Shown: positions 1-10,740 of the stretch, one piece after another
Position numbering within the stretch: position 1 is the stretch's first letter
Layout of the letters: every line of letters begins with the position of its first letter
DNA from: Corallococcus sp.
GTDB taxonomy: Bacteria > Bacillota > Clostridia > Christensenellales > CAG-314
Reading direction: 5' to 3'
Length of the DNA: 64,000 bases
NCBI GenBank assembly: GCA_023665205.1
Contig: JAMPEJ010000001.1
Coordinates: forward strand, 152,116-216,115
Program-made: the position numbers and the translations under genes
The notes under the pieces: generated by a model
The model's input: only the letters and a program-made list of their open reading frames with translations
The model's database searches: none
What the model was told of the DNA's origin: nothing

Positions 1-403
1 TATTTCCCAACACCTTGGCGCCGGCGCCAACCACAACGTTATCCAAAAGCGTCGGATGACGTTTATTACGTTCCTTGCCAGTGCCGCCCAATGTTGCGTT
101 TTGATATATCGTACAGTTGTTCCCCACGTTAGCCGTCTCACCTATCACTACTCCGCTTCCGTGGTCGATAAACAAATTTTTTCCTATTTGTGCCGCAGGG
201 TGAATTTCTATTCCAGTCCAAAACCTACAAATTTTTGAACAAAACCTGCCCAAAAACTTCAAATGGATTTTATAAAAAAAGTGTGCAACTCTGTGCCAAA
301 TTACTGCGCGCACGCCCGGATACAGCAAATATATTTGCAAACGGTTTGGCGCCGCCGGATCTCGCAGTTGTATAGATTTTAGCAAGCCGATTTTTTTAGA
401 CAT
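1..403 (-). CDS. cysE: serine O-acetyltransferase, N-terminal part only (gene runs off the window start)
   Basis: Absent from the ORF track because it has no stop in the window. Manual minus-strand translation from ATG 403..401 (GGAGG 5 nt upstream) gives [19 protein letters not shown]...[70 protein letters not shown], the hexapeptide-repeat CysE core. Confidence 0.8.
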   Translation of the reverse strand, partial: MSKKIGLLKSIQLRDPAAPNRLQIYLLYPGVRAVIWHRVAHFFYKIHLKFLGRFCSKICRFWTGIEIHPAAQIGKNLFIDHGSGVVIGETANVGNNCTIYQNATLGGTGKERNKRHPTLLDNVVVGAGAKVLGN

Positions 404-425
404 GAATTCCTCCACAGTTTATATA

Positions 426-452
426 CAAAAAACTGCGCACAAATTGCACAGT
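426..452 (-). terminator. intrinsic terminator after the S51 peptidase gene
   Basis: The minus-strand RNA reads ACUGUGCA-AUUUG-UGCGCAGU followed by UUUUUU, immediately downstream of the stop at 484. Confidence 0.6.
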
Positions 453-483
453 TTTTTCATTTGTAATAAGATTGACGTTACCC

Positions 484-1143
484 TTACTTAGGCATTACCA
501 AGTTGACGTTCCCCAGCGTTTCTACAACGCCCTTTTCCACCAAGAGTCCACCCTCGTGCCATATTTGATAGACTGGACGCGACAGCTCACGCGCCGCTCT
601 CTCGGTACACTCGTTTTGTAAAGGCGTGGCCAAATAATGTACTTCCAAATCCAAGCCGCAAACAAGCCCTAACCCGTTGCAAAGTTGATAATTATCGTAA
701 TCGTCATCAGGCGTTATGTGATATTTGTCCAATTGCAGCATTGCTCCGGCCGACGCTCCCGCAACTACTCCGTCATAGTTTTTCACAAGTTCGGTTATAC
801 CTATCTCTGACAGTCTTGCAATTGCTTTTTCCGGCATTCCTCCGCAAAAAAACAATGTGTCCGAATCCTTGATCAATTTACCAAAATCGGTATCACGGTC
901 AAAAAAATCAAGCCATCTGACTTCGTATTCTTTCACGCCGATATTCAAAAAAGGTCTCAAAATATTGTCGTACTTCTCTCCGCCTTTGCCGTAAACCGAT
1001 TGCCAGCTCATTTCGTCCCACGCCTGATTTTCTCGAAAAGCCAACGGCACAATCAAAACTCTTTTTTTACGAAAATACTTATCCAATCTGCCATTGGTCC
1101 AAGCGCCGTCAAAGTTGTAATAATTCAATAGTATGTTAGTCAT
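484..1143 (-). CDS. peptidase S51 family (dipeptidase E-like) protein
   Basis: 219-aa ORF with a GASAGA nucleophile-elbow motif (VVAGASAGAML) and the FFCGG segment typical of S51/PepE-like class I glutamine-amidotransferase-fold peptidases. Confidence 0.6.
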   Translation of the reverse strand: MTNILLNYYNFDGAWTNGRLDKYFRKKRVLIVPLAFRENQAWDEMSWQSVYGKGGEKYDNILRPFLNIGVKEYEVRWLDFFDRDTDFGKLIKDSDTLFFCGGMPEKAIARLSEIGITELVKNYDGVVAGASAGAMLQLDKYHITPDDDYDNYQLCNGLGLVCGLDLEVHYLATPLQNECTERAARELSRPVYQIWHEGGLLVEKGVVETLGNVNLVMPK

Positions 1144-1303
1144 AGTATTATATATTTTTATTAACTGCTTTCAAAATTATGCCGCACTTATACTAAACTT
1201 CAGCGCCACGCTAACAACACAAATTTATTCAAACCATATGGTTCTTAAAGCGACATAGCCCTTTTACGCAAAAACGCACCCATCTAATTAAACTACTAAA
1301 AAA

Positions 1304-2617
1304 TCAATACAACTCCACTCCGTTTTTAGATACGTACGCATAAGCAATTTTATGCGGAGCAGGTTTCTGACCGCCAACGTGTATTGATTTTTCAAGTAGA
1401 GCAACCGCATCTTCCAAACCTTTATTGTTGTGATAAACCGTACACAAAACATCGCCCTTTTTCACAATACTGCCCAGTTCCACATTCATAATAAGTCCGA
1501 CAGAAAAGTCGATCTCGTCCTCTTTTTTCATCCGTCCGCCGCCCAAAAGCGTCACTGATCTTCCAATATCTGCGGCATTCATTTCGTCAACAAAACCGTC
1601 ACAGGGCGCCAAAACGTCAACCGTTTTGCCCAGCACAAACTTTTCGGGGTGCAAGATATACGAAGAATCCCCATGCTGAGCATCCACCATCTCTGCAAAT
1701 TTATTTAGAGCTTTTTTGCTTTCTATAGCGTTTTCAAAGGCTGAGATTGCACTTTCCTCATCATATTTTCCGGAAAGGCACAACAATTTTACCGCGACTT
1801 CTTTAATTTCTCTGTACAGACGGTTTTTCTTGCCGTTCAGCACTTCCACAATGCCTACTACTTCCAAAGCGTTTCCCACGTGATCGCTCAACGGTTGTTC
1901 CATATCCGTTATAAGCGCACCGATATTTTTGCCACCGCGAGTGCCTATTTCCACCATTTTTTGTGCCAATTCCAATGCACTTTCTTTAGTAGGCATAAAA
2001 GCACCGCTACCGTATTTTACGTCCAATAAAATAGTATCGGAACCGCTTGCAAGTTTTTTGCTCATGACACTTCCGCAAATAAGCGGAATAGAGTTTACCG
2101 TGCCAGTAACGTCGCGCAAAGCATACAGTTTTTTGTCTGCCGGCGCAAGATTTGCGGTTTGCCCGATCACAGCGCAGCCTACGCGTTTTACGACGTCAAA
2201 AAACTCCTTTTCGGAAAGTGCCGTGTCAAAATTAGGTATGCTTTCCAACTTATCTATAGTTCCTCCGGTAAAACCCAATCCGCGGCCGCTCATTTTAGCT
2301 ACGTAAACTCCGCAACACGCCAAAATCGGAGCTAAGGCCAAAGTAGTACTGTCGCCTATACCTCCTGTGGAATGCTTATCGCACACAACTCCTCCAAGGC
2401 AAGACATATCAACTATATCGCCGCTGTGCAACATAGCGTTAGTCATGTCAAACGTTTCTCTGTCGCTCATACCGTTTAGCAAAATCGCCATCAAAAGCGA
2501 CGACGCTTGATAGTCGGCAATTTCGCCATTAGTAAATCCTTCAATAAAAAAATCTATTTCTTCTTTCGTCAATTCCTGTTTAGTTTTCTTTTTTTCTATA
2601 ACGTCCAATATTGTCAT
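1304..2617 (-). CDS. pdp: pyrimidine-nucleoside (thymidine) phosphorylase
   Basis: Full-length match in character to Pdp/DeoA (KHSTGGIGD, SGRGLGFTGGTIDKLESIPN, LYALRDVTGTV). Start trimmed to ATG 2617 (MTILDVIEKKK), which has AAGGAG upstream. Confidence 0.9.
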   Translation of the reverse strand: MTILDVIEKKKTKQELTKEEIDFFIEGFTNGEIADYQASSLLMAILLNGMSDRETFDMTNAMLHSGDIVDMSCLGGVVCDKHSTGGIGDSTTLALAPILACCGVYVAKMSGRGLGFTGGTIDKLESIPNFDTALSEKEFFDVVKRVGCAVIGQTANLAPADKKLYALRDVTGTVNSIPLICGSVMSKKLASGSDTILLDVKYGSGAFMPTKESALELAQKMVEIGTRGGKNIGALITDMEQPLSDHVGNALEVVGIVEVLNGKKNRLYREIKEVAVKLLCLSGKYDEESAISAFENAIESKKALNKFAEMVDAQHGDSSYILHPEKFVLGKTVDVLAPCDGFVDEMNAADIGRSVTLLGGGRMKKEDEIDFSVGLIMNVELGSIVKKGDVLCTVYHNNKGLEDAVALLEKSIHVGGQKPAPHKIAYAYVSKNGVELY

Positions 2618-2701
2618 ATTCAAAACTCCTTTTTTGGCAAAATCGGCCACTAGCCATATCATAATTCAACGCACTAAAACAATTATGCGTTGTAGACGAG
2701 T

Positions 2702-2730
2702 ATTATACAACTTTTTGACGTCTATTTCAA
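2702..2730 (-). promoter_or_regulatory. sigma-A type promoter for pdp
   Basis: Minus strand reads TTGAAA, a 17-nt spacer, then TATAAT with an extended TG (tTGtATAAT). Confidence 0.55.
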
Positions 2731-2872
2731 TACTTTTACAAATTTTGTTCTTGTTGAAATGACTAATATTTCTTTAAGAATGCAAAAAGACGGCAAATCA
2801 GCTTGTAACAACACAAACATAATGTTTGGTCACACCCGCTTCTTTATCGTCTTTCATCTAGCAAAATAAATT

Positions 2873-3049
2873 CTACCAATCTTCGCTTATATCGGTTTTA
2901 ATATCGGTGTAAAATTCTTTGTACTTTTCTTTGAATTTTTCCGAATCGGCTCTATCGTCACGCATTTCTGCGTCAACAATATCCATCCCGTCGTCGTCTT
3001 GCATCTCCGACTGACGCATTAGCTCGTACATTGTCGATTTCAATTTCAT
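2873..3049 (-). CDS. small acidic hypothetical protein (58 aa)
   Basis: ORF trimmed to ATG 3049 (MKLKSTMYELMRQSEMQDDDGMDIVDAEMRDDRADSEKFKEKYKEFYTDIKTDISEDW), 13 nt after the antiporter stop. The SD is weak and no family was recognised. Confidence 0.3.
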   Translation of the reverse strand: MKLKSTMYELMRQSEMQDDDGMDIVDAEMRDDRADSEKFKEKYKEFYTDIKTDISEDW

Positions 3050-3062
3050 TTTCGTAACGATC

Positions 3063-4559
3063 TCACTTTTTATTATCGCCGGACAACGAATCGGTATCGT
3101 TTTCCACCACCGTCGTTTCAACAGAAGATTGAGTTTCCTGTGTGACTTCTTCGTTCAGCGGCGACGCGGGAGCACCCTCTGCTGACGGAATGTAGGAGCC
3201 AAGTACTTCTGCGACAACTTTTTTGCGACGTTTTCCTCCTGCGTTTGCCGGATCTATTTCACCCGCTCTCATCAAAGCCCATTTTGTAAGCAAAGGACCG
3301 ACAAGCTCATAAATCAGAACTGCACACATCGTAATAGTAACTATTTTTGAACCGACATCAGGTAAACCTACCGCATCAAATTCTTTTTTGCACATCGTAG
3401 CCATACCTATCGCTACGCCCGCCTGCGGAAACAAGGTAATGCCCAAATACTTTTTAACGTTAGGATCGCTCTTTACTATAGTTGCGCCCAACATAGTTCC
3501 AAAGTATTTGCCTACGCAACGGAACACCACGTAAAGTAACAGACAGACAACTAAGCCCCAGCCTTTGCCGAACATCAGCAAATCGAGTTCCGCACCGGAC
3601 AAAATAAAGAACAACATCAACACCACAGGTGTCCAATGATCCATACCTTCCATCATAAGCGTTGCTTCTTTACGCAGATTTACAAACGTTGCACCTGCCA
3701 TCATGCAAACAAGTAAATCCGACAATTTGAACGGGCAACCGTATTTGCTTTCTAACCACGAAAACAGTTCGCAAATACCCAAACTTAAAAATACTGCTAC
3801 AATAGAAGCAATCAAACGGTTATCGCGAGATTTGAAAAATCTTGGAATTAGGGATAATAGCGCACCTATGGCCAAGCCTATAACAAGCGATGCAATAATT
3901 TCTGTCAACGGCCACACCAAAAAATCCAATATTGCCGTTCCTGCTTCCAAAGCCTTATCAGCACTGCTAGCCATTGACAGTGCGATAGAATTAGATATAG
4001 AAAATACGACCAAACCTACAGCGTCGTCCAAAGCAACAACGGGTAGCAATGTGCCTGTAACCACTCCCTTTGCTTTGTATTGACGTACGACCATAAGCGT
4101 AGCAGCCGGTGCCGTTGCCGTTGCAATAGCACCGAGTATTATTGCTTCGTGCCTTTCCATACCAAGTGCCGGTATATAAGACATTGCAATAAGTATGGCA
4201 TCTACGCATAAAGTTGCCATCAAGGCTTGACAAAAAGTTATAACGACAGCGCTTTTACCTATTTCTTTAATATGCGAAATTTTGAATTCGACTCCGATAG
4301 AAAATCCAATAAATCCCAGTGCCACAGAACTGATAATTCCCAAGTTGTCAAACGCCGCTTGCGCAGGAGTAAGACCGTTTGCCGTCTGCTCGGGAGTAAG
4401 CGTAATATCAAACGGAAGAAATTGACCCAGTGCATACGGACCTATAATCAAACCTACAATCAGGTAGCCGGTGACGTTAGGCATTCCTATAATCTTCATC
4501 AGTCTCGTGGACAAAAGTCCTAAAATCAACGCTATTGCAATTATCAACAGTTCGTTCAT
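3063..4559 (-). CDS. cation:proton antiporter (CPA2 / Kef-NapA-like Na+/H+ or K+/H+ exchanger)
   Basis: 498-aa polytopic membrane protein with about 12 TM segments and a sodium/hydrogen-exchanger-family N-terminus (GMPNVTGYLIVGLIIGPYALG), plus a hydrophilic C-terminal tail. Confidence 0.8.
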   Translation of the reverse strand: MNELLIIAIALILGLLSTRLMKIIGMPNVTGYLIVGLIIGPYALGQFLPFDITLTPEQTANGLTPAQAAFDNLGIISSVALGFIGFSIGVEFKISHIKEIGKSAVVITFCQALMATLCVDAILIAMSYIPALGMERHEAIILGAIATATAPAATLMVVRQYKAKGVVTGTLLPVVALDDAVGLVVFSISNSIALSMASSADKALEAGTAILDFLVWPLTEIIASLVIGLAIGALLSLIPRFFKSRDNRLIASIVAVFLSLGICELFSWLESKYGCPFKLSDLLVCMMAGATFVNLRKEATLMMEGMDHWTPVVLMLFFILSGAELDLLMFGKGWGLVVCLLLYVVFRCVGKYFGTMLGATIVKSDPNVKKYLGITLFPQAGVAIGMATMCKKEFDAVGLPDVGSKIVTITMCAVLIYELVGPLLTKWALMRAGEIDPANAGGKRRKKVVAEVLGSYIPSAEGAPASPLNEEVTQETQSSVETTVVENDTDSLSGDNKK

Positions 4560-4607
4560 TTTTTACCTCTGTATAATATATATAATGTCAAATCAAAAAC
4601 CTTTGAT

Positions 4608-4636
4608 ATTGTAGTCCTAACGCAATTTTATGTCAA
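4608..4636 (-). promoter_or_regulatory. sigma-A promoter for the antiporter gene
   Basis: Minus strand reads TTGACA, a 17-nt spacer, then TACAAT, about 50 nt upstream of ATG 4559. Confidence 0.6.
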
Positions 4637-4667
4637 TCGTTTACTCGTCAAACCTATATTTTTTTCT

Positions 4668-4699
4668 TCAAAAAAAATAACCGCAAACAAAGTTTGCGG
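4668..4699 (-). terminator. intrinsic terminator after coaE
   Basis: The minus-strand hairpin CCGCAAAC-UUU-GUUUGCGG is followed by UUAUUUUUUUU. Confidence 0.8.
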
Positions 4700-4751
4700 A
4701 TTTTCAAAATTCTCATCGCATAAAATTTACACAAATTTATTACGCAATAAA

Positions 4752-5330
4752 TTACCACACTTTTATTAAAGCGCAAACAGCATTTCTTAGGTCTGATAAA
4801 CTGCCGTCGTTATAAATAACTTTATGCGGTATTTGCTGTATATTTTGGCTGCTCCCACAATTTTGACGCGAAATAATGTTTTTAACGTTTTCCAAAGAAA
4901 CCGCATCTCTTGCCGTCACTCGACATATACGGTTTTCTTCGCTACTTTCTACTCGCCAAATTTCAGTCCAATCAAAGTAAAACGCATCCGGAACTGCAAT
5001 CTCAACAAAAACCGTATCGGTTCTAATATTTTCCGTTTGTTTTTTCAATTCAATTGCAATTTTTTCCCAAAACAGTGCGCTGTATTGCCTATACAATTGC
5101 CCGTCGGCAAAAATCCTATCTCGGATTTTTCTGCGCGCAAGCAATCCGTTTTCTACGTATTCTTTACCCAACAAACGCTCTACGCCTTCCAAAACTTCCG
5201 GCGTTGTTTCCACTTTGCGAGCAATTTCATCGCAGTCCAAAACATCAAACCCAAGACTACGCAAAATATTACCCACTGTACTTTTTCCGCTGCCTATACC
5301 TCCTGTCAAAGCGACTACTCTACGCTTCAT
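4752..5330 (-). CDS. coaE: dephospho-CoA kinase
   Basis: P-loop at the N-terminus (MKRRVVALTGGIGSGKST) and CoaE-like length. Start trimmed to ATG 5330, which overlaps the polA stop by 11 nt. Confidence 0.85.
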   Translation of the reverse strand: MKRRVVALTGGIGSGKSTVGNILRSLGFDVLDCDEIARKVETTPEVLEGVERLLGKEYVENGLLARRKIRDRIFADGQLYRQYSALFWEKIAIELKKQTENIRTDTVFVEIAVPDAFYFDWTEIWRVESSEENRICRVTARDAVSLENVKNIISRQNCGSSQNIQQIPHKVIYNDGSLSDLRNAVCALIKVW

Positions 5331-7848
5331 ATAAAGTCCTGCCTTCTTCCGTTTCGGCTGTAAGCGGACACGGCAAATCAACGGTATGTTCCATTTGAAA
5401 CTTAACGATTTGTTTTACTTGTTCCGCCTCTTCTTCAAAGCAATCCACAATTATTTCGTCGTGTATCTGCAACACCAATTTGCTTTTCAAACCCGCTTTC
5501 TGCAAAGCTTTGTCAACGTTCAACATTGCCATTTTCATTATGTCGGCCGCGCTGCCCTGCAAAGGCATATTCATTGCAGCGCGTTCGCCGAACGCCCTCA
5601 AATTGAAATTTGACGACTTAATTTCAGGTATTTGTCTACGTCTTCCCGTTATTGTAGAAACATATCCTTTATTTTTCGCTTCTGTAACGCAACCGTCCAA
5701 ATAGGTCTTAATCTTGGGAAAACGTTCAAAATAGAGACGTATATATTCGTGCGCCTTTTTAACGCTTATACCGGCGTTCTGAGATAGTCCGAAATCGCTT
5801 ATTCCGTAAATAATACCGAAATTGACGGCTTTTGCCATACGACGCATATCCTTATTGACCATTTCTACCGGTATACCCATAATTTCAGAAGCAACCTTGG
5901 CGTGGATATCCACGTTCTCACGGAAACTGGATAAAAGATTTTCGTCTCCGGAAAATGCAGCAAGCAAACGTAATTCTATCTGAGAATAATCGGCTCCGAC
6001 AAAAGTTCCGTTCTTGGAGCAAAACAGTTTTCGTATTTCCTTTCCCCTGTCGTTACGTATAGGTATGTTTTGCAAATTAGGATCTGAACTTGACAATCTA
6101 CCAGTAGAAGTCAACGCTTGATTAAAAGTCGTATGCACCACTCCGCGCTTAATAAACGGCTTCATTCCATCAACGTACGTACTTAACAATTTGGATATTT
6201 TTCTAAATTCCAAAATTTTATTTACTATTGGATGTCGTTCCGAAAGATTTTCCAAAACGTCGTTGCTTGTAGAATAGCCTCTATGATTCTTTTTACCGTG
6301 CGGCAATCCCAGTTTTTCAAACAATACGGCGGACAACTGCATCGGACTGTTTACGTTAAAAGTCTCGCCGGCACATTCGTGGATTTCTCTGGTCAATATT
6401 TCCAACTGTCTATGCAAATCCAAAGACATATCTTTTAACAAATTCTCATCCACCGATACGCCTTCTTCTTCCATGCGAAACAGCAAATCGGAAAGAGGTA
6501 GTTCAACGTCGTAGTATAATTTTTCCAAATTACACTCTGCAAGTTGTTTCTGTAGCGTTTGATATGCGGCAAAAATACCAGCGCCGATTTCTTCGTAACC
6601 GTAAGCCGAAACAAGATTTTCCAAATCTTTATGCGCGCGGTATTCCACCAAATATTGCATCAAACAAACGTCAAAACTTACGCCCGACAATTCCGCTCCG
6701 TGCGCTTTCAAAGCGTGACGCAACGCTTTTAGGTCGTAAACAACTTTCGTTACGTCGCCGCACAAAATAGGGTTAATAGAGTCAAACACGGTTTGCTCCG
6801 TCAATTCGTCCAAAAAGCTGTCCGACATCGTGATTTCAAACTGCTTTTCCGCACTGTTTGCCAAATAGATTTTCCCTTCGCAAAAGTGGAAGGCAACAAC
6901 GTTTTTAGAGGAAACGATTTCGTCAACGGCATTTTTCAATTGCTCTAAATCTGTTATTTGAAGCGTTTCAACTTTCGGACGAACTTCTTTTTTGACGGAT
7001 TTATCAAATTTAAGTCTGGAAATTATCGAACGGAACTGCAAATTTTCCAAAGTTTCCTGAACTTCGTCGTTCAAAACGTACAATCCGCATTTTTCCAAAT
7101 CGTACTCCACGTCTGCATTACGCACGATAGTTGCCAAACGTTTACTTATGTAGGCCATATCCTTGCCTTCCACAAGTTTATCGTGCAAAGCTCCTTTTTC
7201 CTTGTCTATGTTTTCAAACAGACTATCGATATTTCCGTATTTTTCCAACAAAGCCGTTGCCGTTTTTTCGCCTATGCCGCGTACGCCGGGGATGTTATCC
7301 GAAGTATCTCCGCGAAGCGCCTTGTACTCGATAACTTGTTCCGGAGTCAAATTGTAATTCGCCTTCAAACTTTCTGGCGTTACGTTTTCCACTTCGGTAA
7401 CCCCGCGTTTTGTAAGCAAAACAGTAACCGAAGGCGAAACCAACTGCAACATATCTCGGTCTCCGGATACGACAAAATTTTGCATACCGTTACCATTAGT
7501 CACCGTACCGATGATATCGTCGGCTTCCACGCCGGCTTTCTCAACAACGGTAACGCGCATTTTAGCCAAAAGATCGTGCAAAATAGGCATCTGCTCCGCA
7601 AGATCATCCGGCATACCCTTGCGGTTTGCCTTGTACTCAGGATAAATGTCTTTTCTAAAGTTGTGCCCTCGCATATCGAAGGCAACGACCAACTTATCGG
7701 CAGCGACGTCCTGCACTACTTTTATAAGTATATTCATAAAACCGAATACTGCGTTGACGTTGCGTCCGCTTTTATCGTTAAGCGGTGGCAACGCAAAGTA
7801 TGCTCGGTTAAGGATACTGTTTCCGTCAATCAAAAGTAATTTTGCCAT
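5320..7848 (-). CDS. polA: DNA polymerase I
   Basis: 842 aa with an N-terminal 5'-3' exonuclease (LLIDGNSILNRAYFAL, GIGEKTA) and C-terminal family A polymerase motifs (DYSQIELRLLA, RRMAKAVNFGIIYG, QIHDEIIV). The Exo I position reads VAFHFCEG, so a proofreading-inactive 3'-5' exonuclease domain is likely, as in other Firmicutes. Confidence 0.95.
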   Translation of the reverse strand: MAKLLLIDGNSILNRAYFALPPLNDKSGRNVNAVFGFMNILIKVVQDVAADKLVVAFDMRGHNFRKDIYPEYKANRKGMPDDLAEQMPILHDLLAKMRVTVVEKAGVEADDIIGTVTNGNGMQNFVVSGDRDMLQLVSPSVTVLLTKRGVTEVENVTPESLKANYNLTPEQVIEYKALRGDTSDNIPGVRGIGEKTATALLEKYGNIDSLFENIDKEKGALHDKLVEGKDMAYISKRLATIVRNADVEYDLEKCGLYVLNDEVQETLENLQFRSIISRLKFDKSVKKEVRPKVETLQITDLEQLKNAVDEIVSSKNVVAFHFCEGKIYLANSAEKQFEITMSDSFLDELTEQTVFDSINPILCGDVTKVVYDLKALRHALKAHGAELSGVSFDVCLMQYLVEYRAHKDLENLVSAYGYEEIGAGIFAAYQTLQKQLAECNLEKLYYDVELPLSDLLFRMEEEGVSVDENLLKDMSLDLHRQLEILTREIHECAGETFNVNSPMQLSAVLFEKLGLPHGKKNHRGYSTSNDVLENLSERHPIVNKILEFRKISKLLSTYVDGMKPFIKRGVVHTTFNQALTSTGRLSSSDPNLQNIPIRNDRGKEIRKLFCSKNGTFVGADYSQIELRLLAAFSGDENLLSSFRENVDIHAKVASEIMGIPVEMVNKDMRRMAKAVNFGIIYGISDFGLSQNAGISVKKAHEYIRLYFERFPKIKTYLDGCVTEAKNKGYVSTITGRRRQIPEIKSSNFNLRAFGERAAMNMPLQGSAADIMKMAMLNVDKALQKAGLKSKLVLQIHDEIIVDCFEEEAEQVKQIVKFQMEHTVDLPCPLTAETEEGRTLYEA

Positions 7849-7858
7849 TTTTCACCAA

Positions 7859-10693
7859 TCAGTCTTTTTTATGGCGTAATATAGGCGCCAAAAATTGTCC
7901 TGTGTAACTGTCTTTCACTTTTGCAATTTCTTCGGGGGTTCCGCAAGCGACAACCGTGCCTCCGCCGTCACCGCCCTCAGGGCCCAGGTCAATAATATAG
8001 TCCGCTACTTTTATTACGTCCAAATTATGCTCGATAACTATTACAGTGTTACCGGTCGCAACTAAACGTTGCAAAATAGTTATCAGCTTTGCAACGTCGT
8101 GAGTATGCAAACCCGTGGTAGGTTCATCCAATATATAAACGGTTTTACCTGTACTGCGTTTGGATAGTTCCGTAGCCAATTTTACTCGTTGCGCCTCACC
8201 GCCGGAAAGAGTTGTTGCCGGTTGTCCCAATTTGATATATCCCAAACCTACGTCATACAAAGTTTGTATTTTGTTTTTGATACTTTGTATGTTCTCGAAA
8301 AAGTGTACGGCTTCCTCTACCGTCATATCCAACACGTCGGCAATAGATTTACCTTTATATTTGACAGCTAGAGTTTCGCGGTTATATCGCGCTCCGTGAC
8401 AAACTTCGCACGGAACGTAAACGTCAGGCAAAAAATTCATAGAGATACGAAGAATTCCGTCGCCGTCGCAGTGTTCGCATCTACCGCCTTTGACGTTAAA
8501 ACTAAATCTACCGGAGTTGTATCCGCGCTCCTTCGCATCCGGCGTTGCCGCAAACAAATCGCGTATCAAAGTAAACACTCCCGTGTATGTTGCCGGATTG
8601 CTGCGCGGTGTGCGTCCTATGGCGCTTTGATCTATCGCAATAACCTTGTCAAGATGTCCTATACCGCAAATACCGTCACATGCAACGTCCGTCGGGCGAG
8701 CGCGGTTAAGTTTTTCCGCAAGATAAGGAAGCAATACTTCGTTCACAAGACTGCTCTTGCCGCTTCCACTGACTCCGGTAACAAGGCAAAGCGTTCCAAG
8801 CGGAAAACTAACGTCTATATTTTTAAGATTATTTTTGCGCGCGCCTGTAACCGTCAGCCATTCTCCGTTTCCCGCGCGTCTTTCCGCAGGCACAGGCACA
8901 AACATCTTGCCGGAAAGGTATTTGCCGGTAATAGATTCTTTACAGTTTTTTACGTCTTCCACTGTGCCGGCGCAAACTATTTCTCCGCCGTGTACGCCTG
9001 CACCCGGTCCCACGTCCACCACAAAATCGGCGCATCGTATAGTATCTTCATCATGCTCCACTACGATAAGAGTATTTCCTATATCGCGTAACCGCGAAAG
9101 TGTGGCGATAAGTTTACTGTTGTCGCGCTGATGCAAACCAATACTCGGTTCGTCCAAAATGTACAATACGCCGGTCAAGCCGCTGCCTATCTGCGTAGCC
9201 AGGCGAATGCGCTGCGCCTCACCGCCGGAAAGAGTTCCCGCGGCGCGGTTCAACGTCAAGTATCCCAAACCAACGTCCACCAAAAATTTCAACCGCGCAT
9301 TGATTTCCTTCAAAACCATATATGAGATTTTTTTTCGGGTATCGTCCAGTTGCAGAGAAGAAAAAAATTCCAACGCTTTTTCTACGGATAATTCGCCCAC
9401 GTCCCAAATATTTAGTCCTGCGATTTTGACCGACAGTATTTCGTCTTTCAAACGTTTTCCGTGGCATTTCATGCAGGGCTTGTCTATCATAAATTTTTCG
9501 TATTCGGTGCGCGTCCAGTCGCTTTTGCATTCTGCATGACGACGCGTCATCATTGGGATTATGCCCTCCCAAGTTGCATTGTAAGTTCTGCCGTCGTCAA
9601 GCGTGCATACAAGTTGCTCTCCGCCGTTTCCGTACATAATAGTATTAAAAGCAGATTTAGGTAAATCTCTTACAGGTACGTCGCAAGAAAAATTATGTTT
9701 ACGCCCCAACGCTTCAAACAATTTACGCATCCAACTTGCCGCCCCAAGATTAAATCCCAACAAGCGGATCGCTCCTTCGTGTAAAGATTTACCGTCGTCC
9801 GGCAAAATCAACCGTTCGTCAAATTCCTGCTTAAAGCCCAATCCGGCGCATTCCGGACAAGCCCCGAAAGGACTGTTAAAAGAAAAGGATCTCGGTTCCA
9901 TTTCTTCCAAAGTAAATCCGCAATTAGGGCAGGCAAATTTATCCGAATAAGTGACGTCTGTGCCGTTAGCGGAAACTATCACTAAACCTTCGGCAAGTTT
10001 CAAGGCAGACTCTATGCTGTCGGACAAGCGAGTATTCATTTCCGGTTTAACAACCAATCGATCCACAACGACGGAAATATTATGCTTATTGTTTTTAACA
10101 AGTTTAATTTCTTCGTCTAACGTGCGTTGTTCTCCGTCTACGATAACGCGCACAAACCCTTGATGTCTAAGCTGCGCAAACAACTTTTCAAATTCACCTT
10201 TTCTCCCGCGCACTATCGGCGCCAATATCAGTAATTTCGTATCTTGCGGCAGTTCCATTACTCTGTCGCAAATTTGATCAACCGAAGTTTTTGTAATTTC
10301 CAAGCCGCAATGAGGACAATACGGAACGCCGACGCGCGCAAACAATAAACGGAGATAGTCGTATATCTCCGTTACCGTACCGACCGTCGAGCGCGGGTTG
10401 GAAGACGTCGTTTTCTGATCTATGCTTATTGCAGGAGAAAGCCCTTCTATACTTTCTACATCGGGCTTGTCCATCTGTCCCAAAAATTGACGCGCGTAAC
10501 TGGACAAACTTTCCATATATCTGCGCTGGCCCTCGGCAAAAATCGTATCGAACGCCAGCGAGGATTTACCGCTGCCGGACAGTCCCGTAAATACTACCAG
10601 TTTATCGCGTGGTATTGTCAGGCTCACGCTCTTCAAGTTGTTTTCTTTGGCGTTTTTAATTATTATGTCTTTCATAGTATTCTCTATTGGCAC
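7859..10693 (-). CDS. uvrA: excinuclease ABC subunit A
   Basis: 944 aa with two ABC ATPase modules ([27 protein letters not shown]; two LSGGEAQR signatures) and zinc-finger Cys clusters. Confidence 0.95.
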   Translation of the reverse strand: MPIENTMKDIIIKNAKENNLKSVSLTIPRDKLVVFTGLSGSGKSSLAFDTIFAEGQRRYMESLSSYARQFLGQMDKPDVESIEGLSPAISIDQKTTSSNPRSTVGTVTEIYDYLRLLFARVGVPYCPHCGLEITKTSVDQICDRVMELPQDTKLLILAPIVRGRKGEFEKLFAQLRHQGFVRVIVDGEQRTLDEEIKLVKNNKHNISVVVDRLVVKPEMNTRLSDSIESALKLAEGLVIVSANGTDVTYSDKFACPNCGFTLEEMEPRSFSFNSPFGACPECAGLGFKQEFDERLILPDDGKSLHEGAIRLLGFNLGAASWMRKLFEALGRKHNFSCDVPVRDLPKSAFNTIMYGNGGEQLVCTLDDGRTYNATWEGIIPMMTRRHAECKSDWTRTEYEKFMIDKPCMKCHGKRLKDEILSVKIAGLNIWDVGELSVEKALEFFSSLQLDDTRKKISYMVLKEINARLKFLVDVGLGYLTLNRAAGTLSGGEAQRIRLATQIGSGLTGVLYILDEPSIGLHQRDNSKLIATLSRLRDIGNTLIVVEHDEDTIRCADFVVDVGPGAGVHGGEIVCAGTVEDVKNCKESITGKYLSGKMFVPVPAERRAGNGEWLTVTGARKNNLKNIDVSFPLGTLCLVTGVSGSGKSSLVNEVLLPYLAEKLNRARPTDVACDGICGIGHLDKVIAIDQSAIGRTPRSNPATYTGVFTLIRDLFAATPDAKERGYNSGRFSFNVKGGRCEHCDGDGILRISMNFLPDVYVPCEVCHGARYNRETLAVKYKGKSIADVLDMTVEEAVHFFENIQSIKNKIQTLYDVGLGYIKLGQPATTLSGGEAQRVKLATELSKRSTGKTVYILDEPTTGLHTHDVAKLITILQRLVATGNTVIVIEHNLDVIKVADYIIDLGPEGGDGGGTVVACGTPEEIAKVKDSYTGQFLAPILRHKKD

Positions 10694-10740
10694 TTTTTGT
10701 TATATTATTAAGCATTTTCTACAGAATTACGAAACCAAGT

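Noticed and set aside
404-483. Possibility of a cysteine T-box upstream of cysE, as in the Bacillus gltX-cysE-cysS operon
   Set aside because: Only 80 nt separate cysE from the upstream stop. That space is occupied by a simple terminator hairpin, and no T-box sequence is present.
6958-7839. 293-aa ORF antisense to polA. Similar long ORFs are 8396..9091 (uvrA), 17795..18508 (lon), 34497..35453 (ftsZ/ftsA), 42573..43226 (murE), 25406..26119 (yebC), 27567..28079 (infC) and 50123..50701 (spo0A)
   Set aside because: All of them are in the codon-aligned antisense frame of a well-supported gene (coordinate differences are multiples of 3). All have the same low-complexity F/L/V/R-rich composition. 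They are shadow ORFs caused by codon bias, not overlapping genes.
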